Below, piece after piece: positions 8,795 to 17,176 of a stretch of DNA of 40,813 nt; positions within the stretch are counted from its first letter, which is position 1, and each line of letters opens with the position of its first letter. The notes beneath the pieces are model-generated. The model was given only the letters and a program-made list of their open reading frames with translations, made no database searches and was not told the origin of the DNA. The DNA is from a virus (Duplodnaviria; Heunggongvirae; Uroviricota; Caudoviricetes): the IMG/VR virus record IMGVR_UViG_2563366797_000003; one strand, 5' to 3'. A program made the translations under genes and the position numbers.

Positions 8795-8880
8795 GATGGC
8801 AGAAACCAGAAAAGGCGAAAGCCGCAGTGCACGAACACAAGCGGCTTTCTACGCGAATTAACTGAACAAATTCACAGGAG
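8795..8880 (-). ncRNA. Candidate oop-like antisense RNA overlapping the cII 3' end / cII-O junction
   Basis: Hairpin aaagccgc-(15 nt loop)-gcggcttt at 8818-8848, followed on the minus strand by a T-rich tract (revcomp of 8800-8817). Position matches lambda oop. No promoter confidently identified. Confidence 0.25.
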
Positions 8881-8885
8881 TAATT

Positions 8886-9812
8886 ATGGCAAATACTGCT
8901 GAAGTAATCAATTTCCCTATCAAAACCGAGCAAACAGGAGGTCCTATGGCCGACCTGTCCAACGGGTACACCCGGATCGCCAACGAGATTCAGAAGCTCA
9001 AACCACGCCTGCGCATGTCGGGGCGTGAATGGCAATGCCTGGAGGCGGTTATCTGGTTGACCTACGGATGGAACAAAAAACAGGACCGGGTTACTAATAC
9101 CGTCATCGCAGGGCTAACAGGCCTGGCTGATACGCATGTATCAGACGCGATCAGTTCTCTGGCTGAACGTGGAATTATTTTCAGTCACAAGCAGGGCGTG
9201 ATGAAAATTGTCGGTATAAATACTGACCTGAATGCCTGGATTTTGGACAAACCGAAAACGGGAAAACTCTTCCCGAAATCGGGAAAATCCTTCCCGAAAA
9301 CGGGAAAAACCTTCCCGGAAACAGTAGCCACCCAAGACTATAACAATAACAATATTAAAAGATCATCGTCAGAGAATTCTGGCGAATCCTCAGACGACCG
9401 GCTGAACAAGTTTTTATCAGCTCACCCTGAAGCGGTTATTTACACCCCCAACTTCACCAAGTGGGGAACAGTTGCTGACCAGCAATGCGCCGAGTGGATC
9501 CTCACTCTGCTCGAAAAAGTTAAACCCTTCCCGAAAAAACCCGTCATGGCCGCCTGGGCGAATGACGTGCGCCTGATGCGCGAGCTGGATGGCCGGAGCC
9601 ATCGTGAAATCTGCGAGCTTTTCCAGTGGGCCAGCAAGGACGCCTTCTGGCACGCCAATATCCTCTCGCCTGCAAAGCTCCGTGCTAAGTGGGACACGCT
9701 CTCACTTCAGCGCGACGCTGCCGCCCGTCGCACCACAACCGGCGGCGTCCCGGGCATCGACTTCAACAACACAGACTGGATCAACGAGGTGTTCGATGGA
9801 AAGACTATCTGA
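8886..9812 (+). CDS. O: Replication initiator, lambda O-like
   Basis: 308 aa; N-terminus resembles lambda O (LTYGWNKKQDRVTNTVIAGLTGL vs lambda KTYGWNKPMDRITDSQLSEITKL). Iteron repeats lie within the coding sequence and the gene is followed by a P-like gene. Confidence 0.8.
   Translation: MANTAEVINFPIKTEQTGGPMADLSNGYTRIANEIQKLKPRLRMSGREWQCLEAVIWLTYGWNKKQDRVTNTVIAGLTGLADTHVSDAISSLAERGIIFSHKQGVMKIVGINTDLNAWILDKPKTGKLFPKSGKSFPKTGKTFPETVATQDYNNNNIKRSSSENSGESSDDRLNKFLSAHPEAVIYTPNFTKWGTVADQQCAEWILTLLEKVKPFPKKPVMAAWANDVRLMRELDGRSHREICELFQWASKDAFWHANILSPAKLRAKWDTLSLQRDAAARRTTTGGVPGIDFNNTDWINEVFDGKTI
9250..9365. repeat. Replication-origin iterons inside the O gene, followed by an AT-rich tract
   Basis: Three and a half tandem ~20-bp repeats of cttcccgaaaacgggaaaa-type (each internally palindromic: tcccg-aaa-cggga) at 9250-9323, encoding KTGKLFPKSGKSFPKTGKTFPE. 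AT-rich segment actataacaataacaatattaaaagatcat at 9336-9365. Confidence 0.75.
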
Positions 9813-10485
9813 GCAGCTGGCGAACTGTGACCGCGAGAGTTTCCGCCGCATCGCCCATGGCATGCCTGAGGCTCCGGCAGAGTGCCCGGGTGTCGAGCAG
9901 ACGGCGGAGATTTTCAACGGTCTGTTCAGTGCTCTGCGTGCCGCGTTCCCGGCGGCAATGGCCGTTTTCCGTGAGCAGAGCGAGTTCAACGAGCTGCGCC
10001 GCCAGTGGCTGATGGCGTTTCAGGAGAACGGGATCACCACCATGGCCCAGGTCGCCGCCGGCATGCGTGTCGCTCGCCGCCAGGAGAAGCCGTTCCTGCC
10101 GTCTCCGGGCCAGTTCGTCGCCTGGTGCAAGGAGGAGCGCTGCCTGCTGGGGATCACCGTTGACGACGTGATGACTGAGTACTGGAAGTGGCGCCGCCTG
10201 GTGTTCCGTTTCCCGACCAGTGAGCAATACCCCTGGCCAGCGCCGGTGCTTTACCACATCTGCACCGAGCTGCGCCGCCAGAGTACCGATCGGCAGATGA
10301 CCGAAAACGAGATGCGCCAGGCCGCCGGAAAGGTCCTGGCCGGATGGGAAGAGCGCGTCGCCGCGGGTAAGCCCGTACCGCCAATCCGTCGCGCCATCGC
10401 CGCGCCGGCTAAAGCCAGCGGCCCCACACCAGCAGAGATGCTGATGGCCGAATACAAAAAACGCAAAGCAGCTGGTCTGATTTAA
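9796..10485 (+). CDS. P: Replication protein P-like (DnaB helicase loader)
   Basis: Strong resemblance to lambda P: FRRIAHGMPE...ENGITTMAQVAAGMRVARRQEKPFLPSPGQFVAWCKEE vs lambda MRRIANNMPE...ENGITTMEQVNAGMRVARRQNRPFLPSPGQFVAWCREE. Start at the ATG at 9796; the track's 9589 start is an out-of-context extension overlapping O. Confidence 0.85.
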   Translation: MERLSEQLANCDRESFRRIAHGMPEAPAECPGVEQTAEIFNGLFSALRAAFPAAMAVFREQSEFNELRRQWLMAFQENGITTMAQVAAGMRVARRQEKPFLPSPGQFVAWCKEERCLLGITVDDVMTEYWKWRRLVFRFPTSEQYPWPAPVLYHICTELRRQSTDRQMTENEMRQAAGKVLAGWEERVAAGKPVPPIRRAIAAPAKASGPTPAEMLMAEYKKRKAAGLI

Positions 10486-10496
10486 CAGGAGAACAC

Positions 10497-11222
10497 ATGG
10501 AAACCGTCATTCAAGCACTGGAAAAAATGGGCCGGGCGACATACCGCGAAGTGGCAGCCCGTCTGGATATCGAACCTGTGGAAGCACTGAACATGCTGCG
10601 CGAACAGCGCGAGCAGGGCATGTGTGATTTCTCCGACGGCGGCTGGTTTGTTGGCAGGCTGAAGGACCAGAAGAACACCCCTGCACCAGCTCCGGCTGTC
10701 GCCGCTAAAGCGCCATTGCGCGGCGAAGAGCCGAAGGAGATCAGCGTAGAGGGGATCACCCGCCTGCTGGCGCAACGCGGTGCCATGGATACTGTGGGCA
10801 TCGCCAGGGAATTTGGGCGTAACGCTCGCGGCATCACCGCATGGATGGGTTCACTGGCCCGCCAGGGCGTCGTGGTGAAGAACGGGCAGGGCAGGGGAGT
10901 AACCTGGTCATTGCCGGCACCCGCAGCACCAGCAGCAGGACCAGCACCAGCAGCAGAGGCAGTCAGCGTAGAGCATGAACTGACGAAGGCCGGCCCGGAG
11001 AAAGATATCGCGCAGATTGTCAGCGAAATCCCCGCGTTCACTGAAGGGTGCGCCGCCAGCATGTCCATTCCGGCGGCCCGGATGATCTCCCGCGAAATTC
11101 GTCGCACCAAAAACAGGCTGGCGCAGCTGACGAAACTGCAGGGCGCCGTGCGCACTTTTGCCCGTCATAAAAATCTCGTGCAACAGCTGGTGAACCAGGA
11201 GGCAACCAGTGAGCGAGATTAA
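10497..11222 (+). CDS. Hypothetical phage protein with two winged-helix-like segments joined by Pro/Ala-rich linkers
   Basis: 241 aa with an AGGAG RBS; linkers PAPAPAVAAKAP and PAPAAPAAGPAPAA. Family not confidently assigned (possibly DUF1627-like). Confidence 0.5.
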   Translation: METVIQALEKMGRATYREVAARLDIEPVEALNMLREQREQGMCDFSDGGWFVGRLKDQKNTPAPAPAVAAKAPLRGEEPKEISVEGITRLLAQRGAMDTVGIAREFGRNARGITAWMGSLARQGVVVKNGQGRGVTWSLPAPAAPAAGPAPAAEAVSVEHELTKAGPEKDIAQIVSEIPAFTEGCAASMSIPAARMISREIRRTKNRLAQLTKLQGAVRTFARHKNLVQQLVNQEATSERD

Positions 11223-11661
11223 CTATCAGGCTCTGCGACTGGCGGCAGAAAATGCAACACCAGGCGAATGGTGTGCTGATGACTACCATGGAGTAATTGC
11301 CGATGCCGGACTGAACGCCAATTACTACATAGCATCATGCTCAGGACCAGATAATCGCGCCAATAAACGATTCATAGCCGCCGCCAATCCTGCCACCGTC
11401 TTGGCGCTGCTGGATGAGCTGGAGAAGATGCAGGCGCAATCGTCCAAATGGTGCGAAGCCTTCCATAAAGCCGTTTCCGTTGGCGCTCGGTATGAGGAGC
11501 GGATTGCTGAACTGGAAGCACGGGAAATATCGCTCCCAGAACGTAGAAGCATGCTTCATCGAACAGATTTTCACGAGGATTACCAAACGGTAATGGCATA
11601 CAAAGTTTCTGAAGTCATCGCTGCAATCCGCGCCGCTGGCATTCGCATCAAAGGAGAGTGA
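11209..11661 (+). CDS. Hypothetical phage protein, possibly Ea22/ead-like
   Basis: 150 aa; GTG start with a CCAGGAGG RBS; motif NPATVLALLDELEKMQ. Weak recollection-based assignment. Confidence 0.4.
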   Translation: MSEINYQALRLAAENATPGEWCADDYHGVIADAGLNANYYIASCSGPDNRANKRFIAAANPATVLALLDELEKMQAQSSKWCEAFHKAVSVGARYEERIAELEAREISLPERRSMLHRTDFHEDYQTVMAYKVSEVIAAIRAAGIRIKGE

Positions 11662-11662
11662 G

Positions 11663-11854
11663 ATGAACGGACAGATATCAATTGTTCGACCAGGAGCATG
11701 TGACGATCGCGAAATACGAATGATTATTCGTCTGGCGATGGGGAAAACAATAACAGCTCTCATTACTCCAGAAAATCTCGCATTAGCATTAACAGGAAAG
11801 TCAGACCTGCCAGTAGAGCTAAAGCTGCGAAATATTGAGATTAAAGTGAAATAG
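11663..11854 (+). CDS. Hypothetical small protein
   Basis: 63-aa ORF with a GGAGAG RBS, tightly packed in the early-right operon. Confidence 0.4.
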   Translation: MNGQISIVRPGACDDREIRMIIRLAMGKTITALITPENLALALTGKSDLPVELKLRNIEIKVK

Positions 11855-11856
11855 TT

Positions 11857-12525
11857 ATGAATACTCTTACCAAAGAATGGTTACAGAACACGATTACCAG
11901 CATTGAGTCAGCACGGGATGAAATACCGTTCGGACTCGATGAAGATCAAAACGACATGCTTACCGCATTAAAAATTGCACTGGCATCACTGGCAGCAGTA
12001 TCGGATGAACGAGCAGCCTATGAATTATTTATGGAGAAGCGTTTCGGGGAATCTGTAGATCGCCGTAGGGCAAAAAATGGCGATAGAGAATACATGGCAT
12101 GGGATATGGCGCTTGGCTGGATTATCTGGTGTCACCGCGCCGCCATGCTTCAGGCCGAACCTGTAAGTAATAGTGATGAGTTACCGCTGGACTATCTGCA
12201 AGGACACAAAGACGGCCTGGAGTGGGCTGCACAATTGGCAGAAGCCAATCATCCGCAAACAGGTGACTGGTTGTACGACGACCAAATCGATCTTGCCAGG
12301 GCGATTCGCAAAGGTCCGGATATGCCTACTGTTCAGGGTGGCAACTCTCCGGTGATTCCAGATGGTTGGGTGATGGTGCCGGTTGAGCCTACGATAGCCA
12401 TTCTAGACGAATTCGATTCGATTATTGATTACGGCGCTGAGGATTCTAAGGATGCGTGGAGTCGTCTTCTGGCAGCCGCTTGGATTAAATCGCTGCCAGC
12501 AGCGCCGCGGCAGGAGGTGAAGTGA
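11857..12525 (+). CDS. Hypothetical phage protein
   Basis: 222-aa ORF in operon context; no recognisable motif. Confidence 0.5.
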   Translation: MNTLTKEWLQNTITSIESARDEIPFGLDEDQNDMLTALKIALASLAAVSDERAAYELFMEKRFGESVDRRRAKNGDREYMAWDMALGWIIWCHRAAMLQAEPVSNSDELPLDYLQGHKDGLEWAAQLAEANHPQTGDWLYDDQIDLARAIRKGPDMPTVQGGNSPVIPDGWVMVPVEPTIAILDEFDSIIDYGAEDSKDAWSRLLAAAWIKSLPAAPRQEVK

Positions 12526-12809
12526 TGGGCGCTTTCGCGAAATATACGATTATTGACTGGATTGTCTTCTTTCAGGTGGTGCTCATCTGGTTTTTTATGG
12601 CTTACAAGGCAGGGCAATGGATTTTCGGCATAGCACTTCGCAAAGGCTGGCGGTGGTTGAATCGTAAGGATGAGAAGTCGCTGGCTTTGGATTCCTTTTA
12701 CGATGCGTTTCGCCTTGGGGATATCCAGCCAGGGGAAGCTATTGTGATCACCACTGAAAGCGGTATGACTATTCGAATCCACAAGCCAAAAGGGGCGGAT
12801 AATGGCTAA
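12525..12809 (+). CDS. Hypothetical small membrane protein
   Basis: ATG at 12525 overlaps the upstream stop (ATGA) with an AGGAGGTGA RBS; N-terminal hydrophobic segment IIDWIVFFQVVLIWFFMAY. Confidence 0.45.
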   Translation: MGAFAKYTIIDWIVFFQVVLIWFFMAYKAGQWIFGIALRKGWRWLNRKDEKSLALDSFYDAFRLGDIQPGEAIVITTESGMTIRIHKPKGADNG

Positions 12810-13140
12810 GACCGCAGCAGAACGCAAAGCTGCCCAGCGCGCCCGGCAAGCCGCTGCTGGTGGGCGTAAATTTGAGCTCATACTTGATACGCAGGAAATG
12901 GATATGCTGGAGCGCAATTGTGCATCACGCCGTCCGGGGCGAGCGCCGTATGAAATGAGCGAGTACATCGCGTTACTGATCCGTCAGGATGATGCCCGAG
13001 TTCGTGGTCGCATTAAGTCAATCAGTGCGAACCGCTGCGGTAAATGCGGTGATGTGCCGCCAGTTAAGTCGTGTCCATGCGCCGGTGATTCGCAATGCTG
13101 GGTTACGCGTGGCTGGCATGATGTGAAGTTAGTCGTGTGA
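12802..13140 (+). CDS. Hypothetical Cys-rich small protein
   Basis: 112 aa; C-terminal CGKCGDVPPVKSCPCAGDSQCW cluster; last gene before an intrinsic terminator. Confidence 0.45.
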   Translation: MAKTAAERKAAQRARQAAAGGRKFELILDTQEMDMLERNCASRRPGRAPYEMSEYIALLIRQDDARVRGRIKSISANRCGKCGDVPPVKSCPCAGDSQCWVTRGWHDVKLVV

Positions 13141-13167
13141 CATGTCACAATATAATCAATAACATAC

Positions 13168-13191
13168 AAGCCTCTTCGGAGGCTTTTTTTG
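13168..13191 (+). terminator. Intrinsic terminator (tR2-like position)
   Basis: Hairpin aagcctc-ttcg-gaggctt followed by a run of seven T, immediately after the 12802..13140 gene. Confidence 0.65.
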
Positions 13192-13202
13192 TCGGCGTTA
13201 AA

Positions 13203-13231
13203 TTGCTTTTGCCTGTATGCCAAGCCATAAT
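13203..13231 (+). promoter_or_regulatory. Candidate sigma70 promoter upstream of the nin-like/rusA/Q block
   Basis: -35 TTGCTT (13203-13208), 17-bp spacer, -10 CATAAT (13226-13231). Sequence match only. Confidence 0.3.
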
Positions 13232-13281
13232 ATCCCTGTCAGCCTGAGAAACTGACGACCATCTGCGCCAAGAAGAACATC

Positions 13282-13878
13282 ATGGCGCACTTACAACTAA
13301 TAAAGCAATCTTCAGGAATTCTGATCCCGGCCACGCCGGAGACCAGCGAATTACTGCAATCAAAAATTAAGCTCGGTGCCGTGCTGGAGGCCGACTTTAA
13401 ACAGGTACGCAATCCTGCGTTTCACCGCCGCTTTTTCGCTCTGCTGAATCTTGGTTTTGAATACTGGGAACCAACTGGCGGCGCTATCTCCTCCAATGAA
13501 CGCAAGCTGGTTACCGGCTATGCTAAATTCCTGGCTTCCTATGGTGGTAACGAAGGCGCACTGCTGGATGCGGCTGAGCAATACCTTGACCGCATTGCCG
13601 ATAAGCGTACTGGTAGCATCTGCGCCTGTAAGTCATTCGATGCATATCGTGCATGGGTCACTATTGAGTCCGGCCATTACGACGCCATTCAGCTGCCTGA
13701 CGGCACCCTCCGCAAACATCCCCGCAGTATCTCATTCGCAAATATGGATGAAACTGAGTTCCAGCAGCTGTACAAAGCCGCGCTCGATGTTCTGTGGCGA
13801 TGGATACTCTCCCGATCATTTCGCAGTTGTGAAGAGGCAGAAAACGCCGCCGCCCAGCTGATGAGCTTTGCGGGGTGA
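13282..13878 (+). CDS. Conserved phage protein of the lambdoid nin region (DUF1367-like)
   Basis: 198-aa ORF; assignment by remembered similarity to nin-region proteins commonly annotated DUF1367. Confidence 0.5.
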   Translation: MAHLQLIKQSSGILIPATPETSELLQSKIKLGAVLEADFKQVRNPAFHRRFFALLNLGFEYWEPTGGAISSNERKLVTGYAKFLASYGGNEGALLDAAEQYLDRIADKRTGSICACKSFDAYRAWVTIESGHYDAIQLPDGTLRKHPRSISFANMDETEFQQLYKAALDVLWRWILSRSFRSCEEAENAAAQLMSFAG

Positions 13879-14084
13879 TGGCGATGAAATTTTCCTGGTT
13901 CCACCATCACGAATGCACCACCGAACAGGCCGACGAGCTGGTGGAGAAATACCGGGCGCGCGGTGTAAAGACAGAGCGCAGCCTGAATCGCGACAACATC
14001 ACCTGGACCGTCAGCGCGCAATTGCCGGAAGGCGATAACGCGCCTCGCCCGAGCCGGGTATGGCAAAGCAAGGCGTGGGGGTGA
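13878..14084 (+). CDS. Hypothetical small protein
   Basis: ATG at 13878 overlaps the upstream stop (TGATG); 68 aa. Confidence 0.4.
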   Translation: MAMKFSWFHHHECTTEQADELVEKYRARGVKTERSLNRDNITWTVSAQLPEGDNAPRPSRVWQSKAWG

Positions 14085-14086
14085 GC

Positions 14087-14377
14087 ATGGCAAATTTACG
14101 CAAAGAGGCTCGTGGTCGTGATTGTCAGGTTCGAATTCCCGGCGTCTGCAACGGTAACCCGGAAACGTCTGTACTGGCGCACATTCGCCTGGCCGGGTTA
14201 TGTGGCACCGGAATCAAACCGCCTGATCTGATTGCCACCATTGCATGCTCTGCCTGTCACGACGAGATCGACCGCCGTACACATTTTGTCGATGCTGAGT
14301 ATGCTAAAGAATGCGCGCTGGAAGGTATGGCGAGAACGCAGGTTATCTGGCTGAAAGAGGGGGTAATCAAGGCGTGA
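14087..14377 (+). CDS. Cys-rich nin-region protein (DUF1364-like)
   Basis: ATG at 14087 just after the upstream stop; Cys pattern [11 protein letters not shown]...CSACHDE. Family by recollection. Confidence 0.5.
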   Translation: MANLRKEARGRDCQVRIPGVCNGNPETSVLAHIRLAGLCGTGIKPPDLIATIACSACHDEIDRRTHFVDAEYAKECALEGMARTQVIWLKEGVIKA

Positions 14378-14736
14378 ATACTTACAACATCACATTGCCC
14401 TGGCCGCCGAGCAATAACCGCTACTACCGCCATAATCGCGGGCGCACGCACATCAGCGCAGAAGGGCAGGCATACCGCGATAACGTCGCCCGAATCATTA
14501 AAAACGCAATGCTGGATATCGGTCTGGCTATGCCTGTGAAAATCCGCATTGAGTGCCACATGCCGGATCGCCGTCGCCGTGACCTGGATAATCTGCAAAA
14601 GGCCGCTTTTGACGCACTCACCAAAGCAGGTTTCTGGCTGGACGATGCTCAGGTCGTTGATTATCGCGTTGTGAAGATGCCCGTTACCAAAGGTGGAAAG
14701 CTGGAACTGACAATCACCGGGCTGGAGGCCGTATGA
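14374..14736 (+). CDS. rusA: Holliday-junction resolvase RusA
   Basis: GTG start overlapping the upstream stop (GTGA); [48 protein letters not shown]... is essentially the E. coli / lambdoid RusA sequence. Confidence 0.9.
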   Translation: MNTYNITLPWPPSNNRYYRHNRGRTHISAEGQAYRDNVARIIKNAMLDIGLAMPVKIRIECHMPDRRRRDLDNLQKAAFDALTKAGFWLDDAQVVDYRVVKMPVTKGGKLELTITGLEAV

Positions 14737-14869
14737 CATTTGAATCCTGTTTTTCCGATCACCTCCGCGTTCGCTGGCAGCGGCTTCGCTTATACCACTT
14801 TCCCGGCTCTGTGCTAACGGACTACCGGATACTGAAGAATTACGTGAAAACTTATGCTGGAGAAGCGCT

Positions 14870-15652
14870 ATGAACCTTGAAAACACAGTGAAATACCACT
14901 TCGCTAAATCCACACTGATTAGCGATTCTCCGCGCGCTACCGCCTCCGATTCACTGACCGGTACCGACATAATGGCTGCCATGGGCATGACGCAGGAACG
15001 CGCCGCAATGGGTTACAGCGCCTTCCTCGGCAAGATGGGCATAAGCAATAACGACCGGGATCGGGCGATCGGTCTGCTGGCTGAGTACGCGATGACAAAA
15101 TGCGACAAGGTTGCCGCACTGCGTAAGCTCGGTGCCGCGGTTAAACCTCAGGTGATGCACCAGTTGGCCACCTTCGCTTTTGAGGACTATTCCCGCAGCG
15201 CTGCCAGCGTGAAGCAGTGCGATTGTTGTGACGGTCAGGGCTTCATTGAGGCTGACGTGTTTACCAATAAATTCCGTAAGCCAGAAGGGAAAATGACCGT
15301 GTCCGGGATGGTGAAGGTCAAAGAATCCATCAAAGTGCTATGCAAAAAGTGTAATGGCTCTGGTGTGGTTAGTGCTTCTTGCAGTGATTGCCATGGGCGC
15401 GGCAAGGCAGTGAACCAGGCTCTTACTGAGAAACAGGGCGTTCCTGTTCTGGCTGACTGTAAGCGCTGCGGAGGGCGTGGGTATGAACGACTTCCGTCGA
15501 CTGAAGCCTATGCTGCTGTATGCCAGATTACTGACGCCATTAGCCTGGACACCTGGAAAAAGTCTGTTAAGCCATTCTACGACCTGCTGATCACGAAATT
15601 TGATATCGAAGAGTCCTGGGCCGAAAAACAGCTTAAGCAGATAACGCGGTAA
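14870..15652 (+). CDS. Q-like late-gene antiterminator (phage 21/82 type)
   Basis: 260 aa; N-terminal SDSPRATASDSLTGTDIMAAMGM block and multiple CxxC zinc motifs; located directly upstream of the lysis cassette. Confidence 0.7.
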   Translation: MNLENTVKYHFAKSTLISDSPRATASDSLTGTDIMAAMGMTQERAAMGYSAFLGKMGISNNDRDRAIGLLAEYAMTKCDKVAALRKLGAAVKPQVMHQLATFAFEDYSRSAASVKQCDCCDGQGFIEADVFTNKFRKPEGKMTVSGMVKVKESIKVLCKKCNGSGVVSASCSDCHGRGKAVNQALTEKQGVPVLADCKRCGGRGYERLPSTEAYAAVCQITDAISLDTWKKSVKPFYDLLITKFDIEESWAEKQLKQITR

Positions 15653-15751
15653 CGCCTATAGCGATAGCCTATGATTTTGTCTTGGGCTATTTACTTTTCC
15701 CGAATCTGTGTTAATTTTGTCCCAACGATGGGTTAATGCCTTCGTTTCAAG

Positions 15752-15779
15752 CCCTGCGGATAACACCGTGGGGTTTTTG
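15752..15779 (+). terminator. Candidate tR'-like intrinsic terminator downstream of Q
   Basis: 8-bp stem (ccctgcgg / ccgtgggg, including two G-U pairs) with a 6-nt loop, followed by TTTTT at 15774-15778. Confidence 0.4.
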
Positions 15780-15855
15780 CGTTTCTGGAGACAGCAATAC
15801 CAAGGTTCGAGACATTCAGGTAAAATTGATGCATTACAGGATGTGAGGTTGGGGA

Positions 15856-16425
15856 ATGAATAATCTACCCGATGATTACTTTTTGGATGCGGACGACGAA
15901 CTCGTTGCTTTTCTGGAGAAGCAGGGCGAGGATTGTATACGCGAAATTCACCAGTCCAACGCACTAAACAAAGAAAATGGCCAGAAGTTATTGAGTATAC
16001 TCATTGCTGGCGTGGGCTCGTCATTTTTGTTATTAACGCAACGTACAGGTTTTGATTACCTCACCGCTGGAATGTCTGTTTTTTTAGTCTACTGGGCAAT
16101 GTGTGCGGCTTATCTTGTTCGCTGCGTCCTCGTTGTAAGGTCACGAGCTCTCGTGTCATCGACACCCTATGCGCTTTACCATGATGGCTATAAAGGGTTT
16201 ACTGAAGATGATTACACTGGTTTTGAGTCGAAAGGATTTTCAGGAAAGCGTTCAACATTGAACGTCTTGCGGCGCTACCGGCTTGCGGATTTAACCAGAA
16301 TGGCTGAAATGAGTAAAAAAGAGAATGCCAGAATAGGCCGAGAACTAGAAAGGGTAAGGATCGCTACAATCCTCACCCCTGTTTGTGCACTTGTAATCTC
16401 AGTACTTACTTACCTTTTTTTCTGA
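15856..16425 (+). CDS. Hypothetical multi-pass membrane protein; cargo (moron) gene between Q and the holin
   Basis: 189 aa with a GAGGTTGGGGA RBS; three hydrophobic segments (LLSILIAGVGSSFLLL, MSVFLVYWAMCAAYLVRCVLVV, ATILTPVCALVISVLTYLFF); flanked by terminator-like hairpins. Confidence 0.55.
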   Translation: MNNLPDDYFLDADDELVAFLEKQGEDCIREIHQSNALNKENGQKLLSILIAGVGSSFLLLTQRTGFDYLTAGMSVFLVYWAMCAAYLVRCVLVVRSRALVSSTPYALYHDGYKGFTEDDYTGFESKGFSGKRSTLNVLRRYRLADLTRMAEMSKKENARIGRELERVRIATILTPVCALVISVLTYLFF

Positions 16426-16555
16426 TGTTTTCAGCAGAATCGGCAACAAAGGTATAACCTGTCCTCAGATTTCTTTCGGCTGGCTGTGGAGCCGGTTTAG
16501 GCTGTGGTGCGGGTTGAGGCTTATTTTCTCCAGATGGTTTGTTTGATTCACTCAT
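16406..16555 (-). CDS. Candidate 49-aa Pro/Gln/Lys-rich small ORF, convergent with the membrane-protein gene
   Basis: Not in the track (under 60 aa). ATG at 16555 with GGAG 8 nt upstream; MSESNKPSGENKPQPAPQPKPAPQPAERNLRTGYTFVADSAENIRKKGK. Overlaps the 3' end of 15856..16425 by 20 nt. May be non-coding. Confidence 0.25.
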   Translation of the reverse strand: MSESNKPSGENKPQPAPQPKPAPQPAERNLRTGYTFVADSAENIRKKGK

Positions 16556-16646
16556 ATAATTCTCCATGTTTGATAGGGTTATTTTTGGCGATTTAACGAT
16601 ATCAAATACAGTGATTTGCTGCTAGAGCATGCACTTATCTATAACT

Positions 16647-16678
16647 CGCCCCGGCACCCGCTGGGGCTTTTTTATTTC
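16647..16678 (+). terminator. Intrinsic terminator upstream of the holin
   Basis: GC-rich hairpin gcccc-(loop)-ggggc at 16648-16668, followed by TTTTTTATTT. Confidence 0.6.
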
Positions 16679-16789
16679 CGGCTCACGGTAATCATCCGCT
16701 ACGTGCTTTGTTGATAAATCCAACCCGTGAAGCCTGAGCCTATTTCCCCTCATACCTGAGAGGACTCACAGCAATTAAGAGGGGGCTAA

Positions 16790-17176
16790 ATGTCCGATCC
16801 AATTTCCGGTACTGGGCTGGCTGGTGGTGCCCTGACGGGTGCCAGTGTTTATGGACTGCTGACCGGAACTGATTACGGCGTTGTATTTGGCGCATTTGCA
16901 GGGGCTGTATTCTACATAGCAACAGCAGCGGATCTGAGCGCATCGCGCCGACTGGCATATTTTATCGTGTCGTATATTGCCGGGATCCTTTGCTCTGGGT
17001 TGGTTGGCTCCAAGCTGGCAAGCTTGACCGGATACAGTGATAAACCTCTGGATGCCATTGGTGCCGTAATCGTATCTGCTTTAGCCGTTAAGATCCTGAC
17101 GTTCCTGAATAATCAGGATATCGGGTCGCTGGTGGCGCTCATAACGCGCCGGGGAGGTTCAGGTGGAGCTAAATGA
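16790..17176 (+). CDS. Holin-like membrane protein
   Basis: 128 aa with an AGAGGGGG RBS; Gly/Ala-rich transmembrane segments; first gene of the lysis cassette. Confidence 0.6.
   Translation: MSDPISGTGLAGGALTGASVYGLLTGTDYGVVFGAFAGAVFYIATAADLSASRRLAYFIVSYIAGILCSGLVGSKLASLTGYSDKPLDAIGAVIVSALAVKILTFLNNQDIGSLVALITRRGGSGGAK

Noticed and set aside
9250-9323. Tandem ~20-bp repeats considered as a possible CRISPR array or minisatellite
   Set aside because: Only three and a half copies, no spacers and no leader; they lie inside the O gene and match the expected origin iterons of a lambdoid replication module.
9589-9795. N-terminal 69 codons of the track ORF 9589..10485, overlapping the 3' end of the O gene
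   Set aside because: The P-like homology begins at the Met encoded at 9796 (MERLSEQLANCDRESFRRIAHGMPE...); the upstream extension is Ser/Pro/Arg-rich and reads like an alternative frame of O, not a real N-terminus.
10511-11155. 214-aa minus-strand ORF opposite the 10497..11222 gene
   Set aside because: The plus-strand gene has a strong RBS and sits in a collinear operon; the minus-strand frame is Ala/Ser/Arg-rich shadow sequence driven by the Pro/Ala-coding repeats.
14257-14988. 243-aa minus-strand ORF spanning the rusA region and the start of the Q-like gene
   Set aside because: Antisense to RusA, which is recognised with high confidence, and to the Q-like gene; no RBS; composition typical of a shadow frame.
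15795-15830. GGTTCGAGA motif near 15806 considered as a tRNA T-loop (tRNA genes are common between Q and the lysis genes in lambdoid phages)
   Set aside because: No complementary T-stem, acceptor stem or D-arm could be built around it by eye; a tRNA scan would be needed to fully exclude one, but nothing supports a call.
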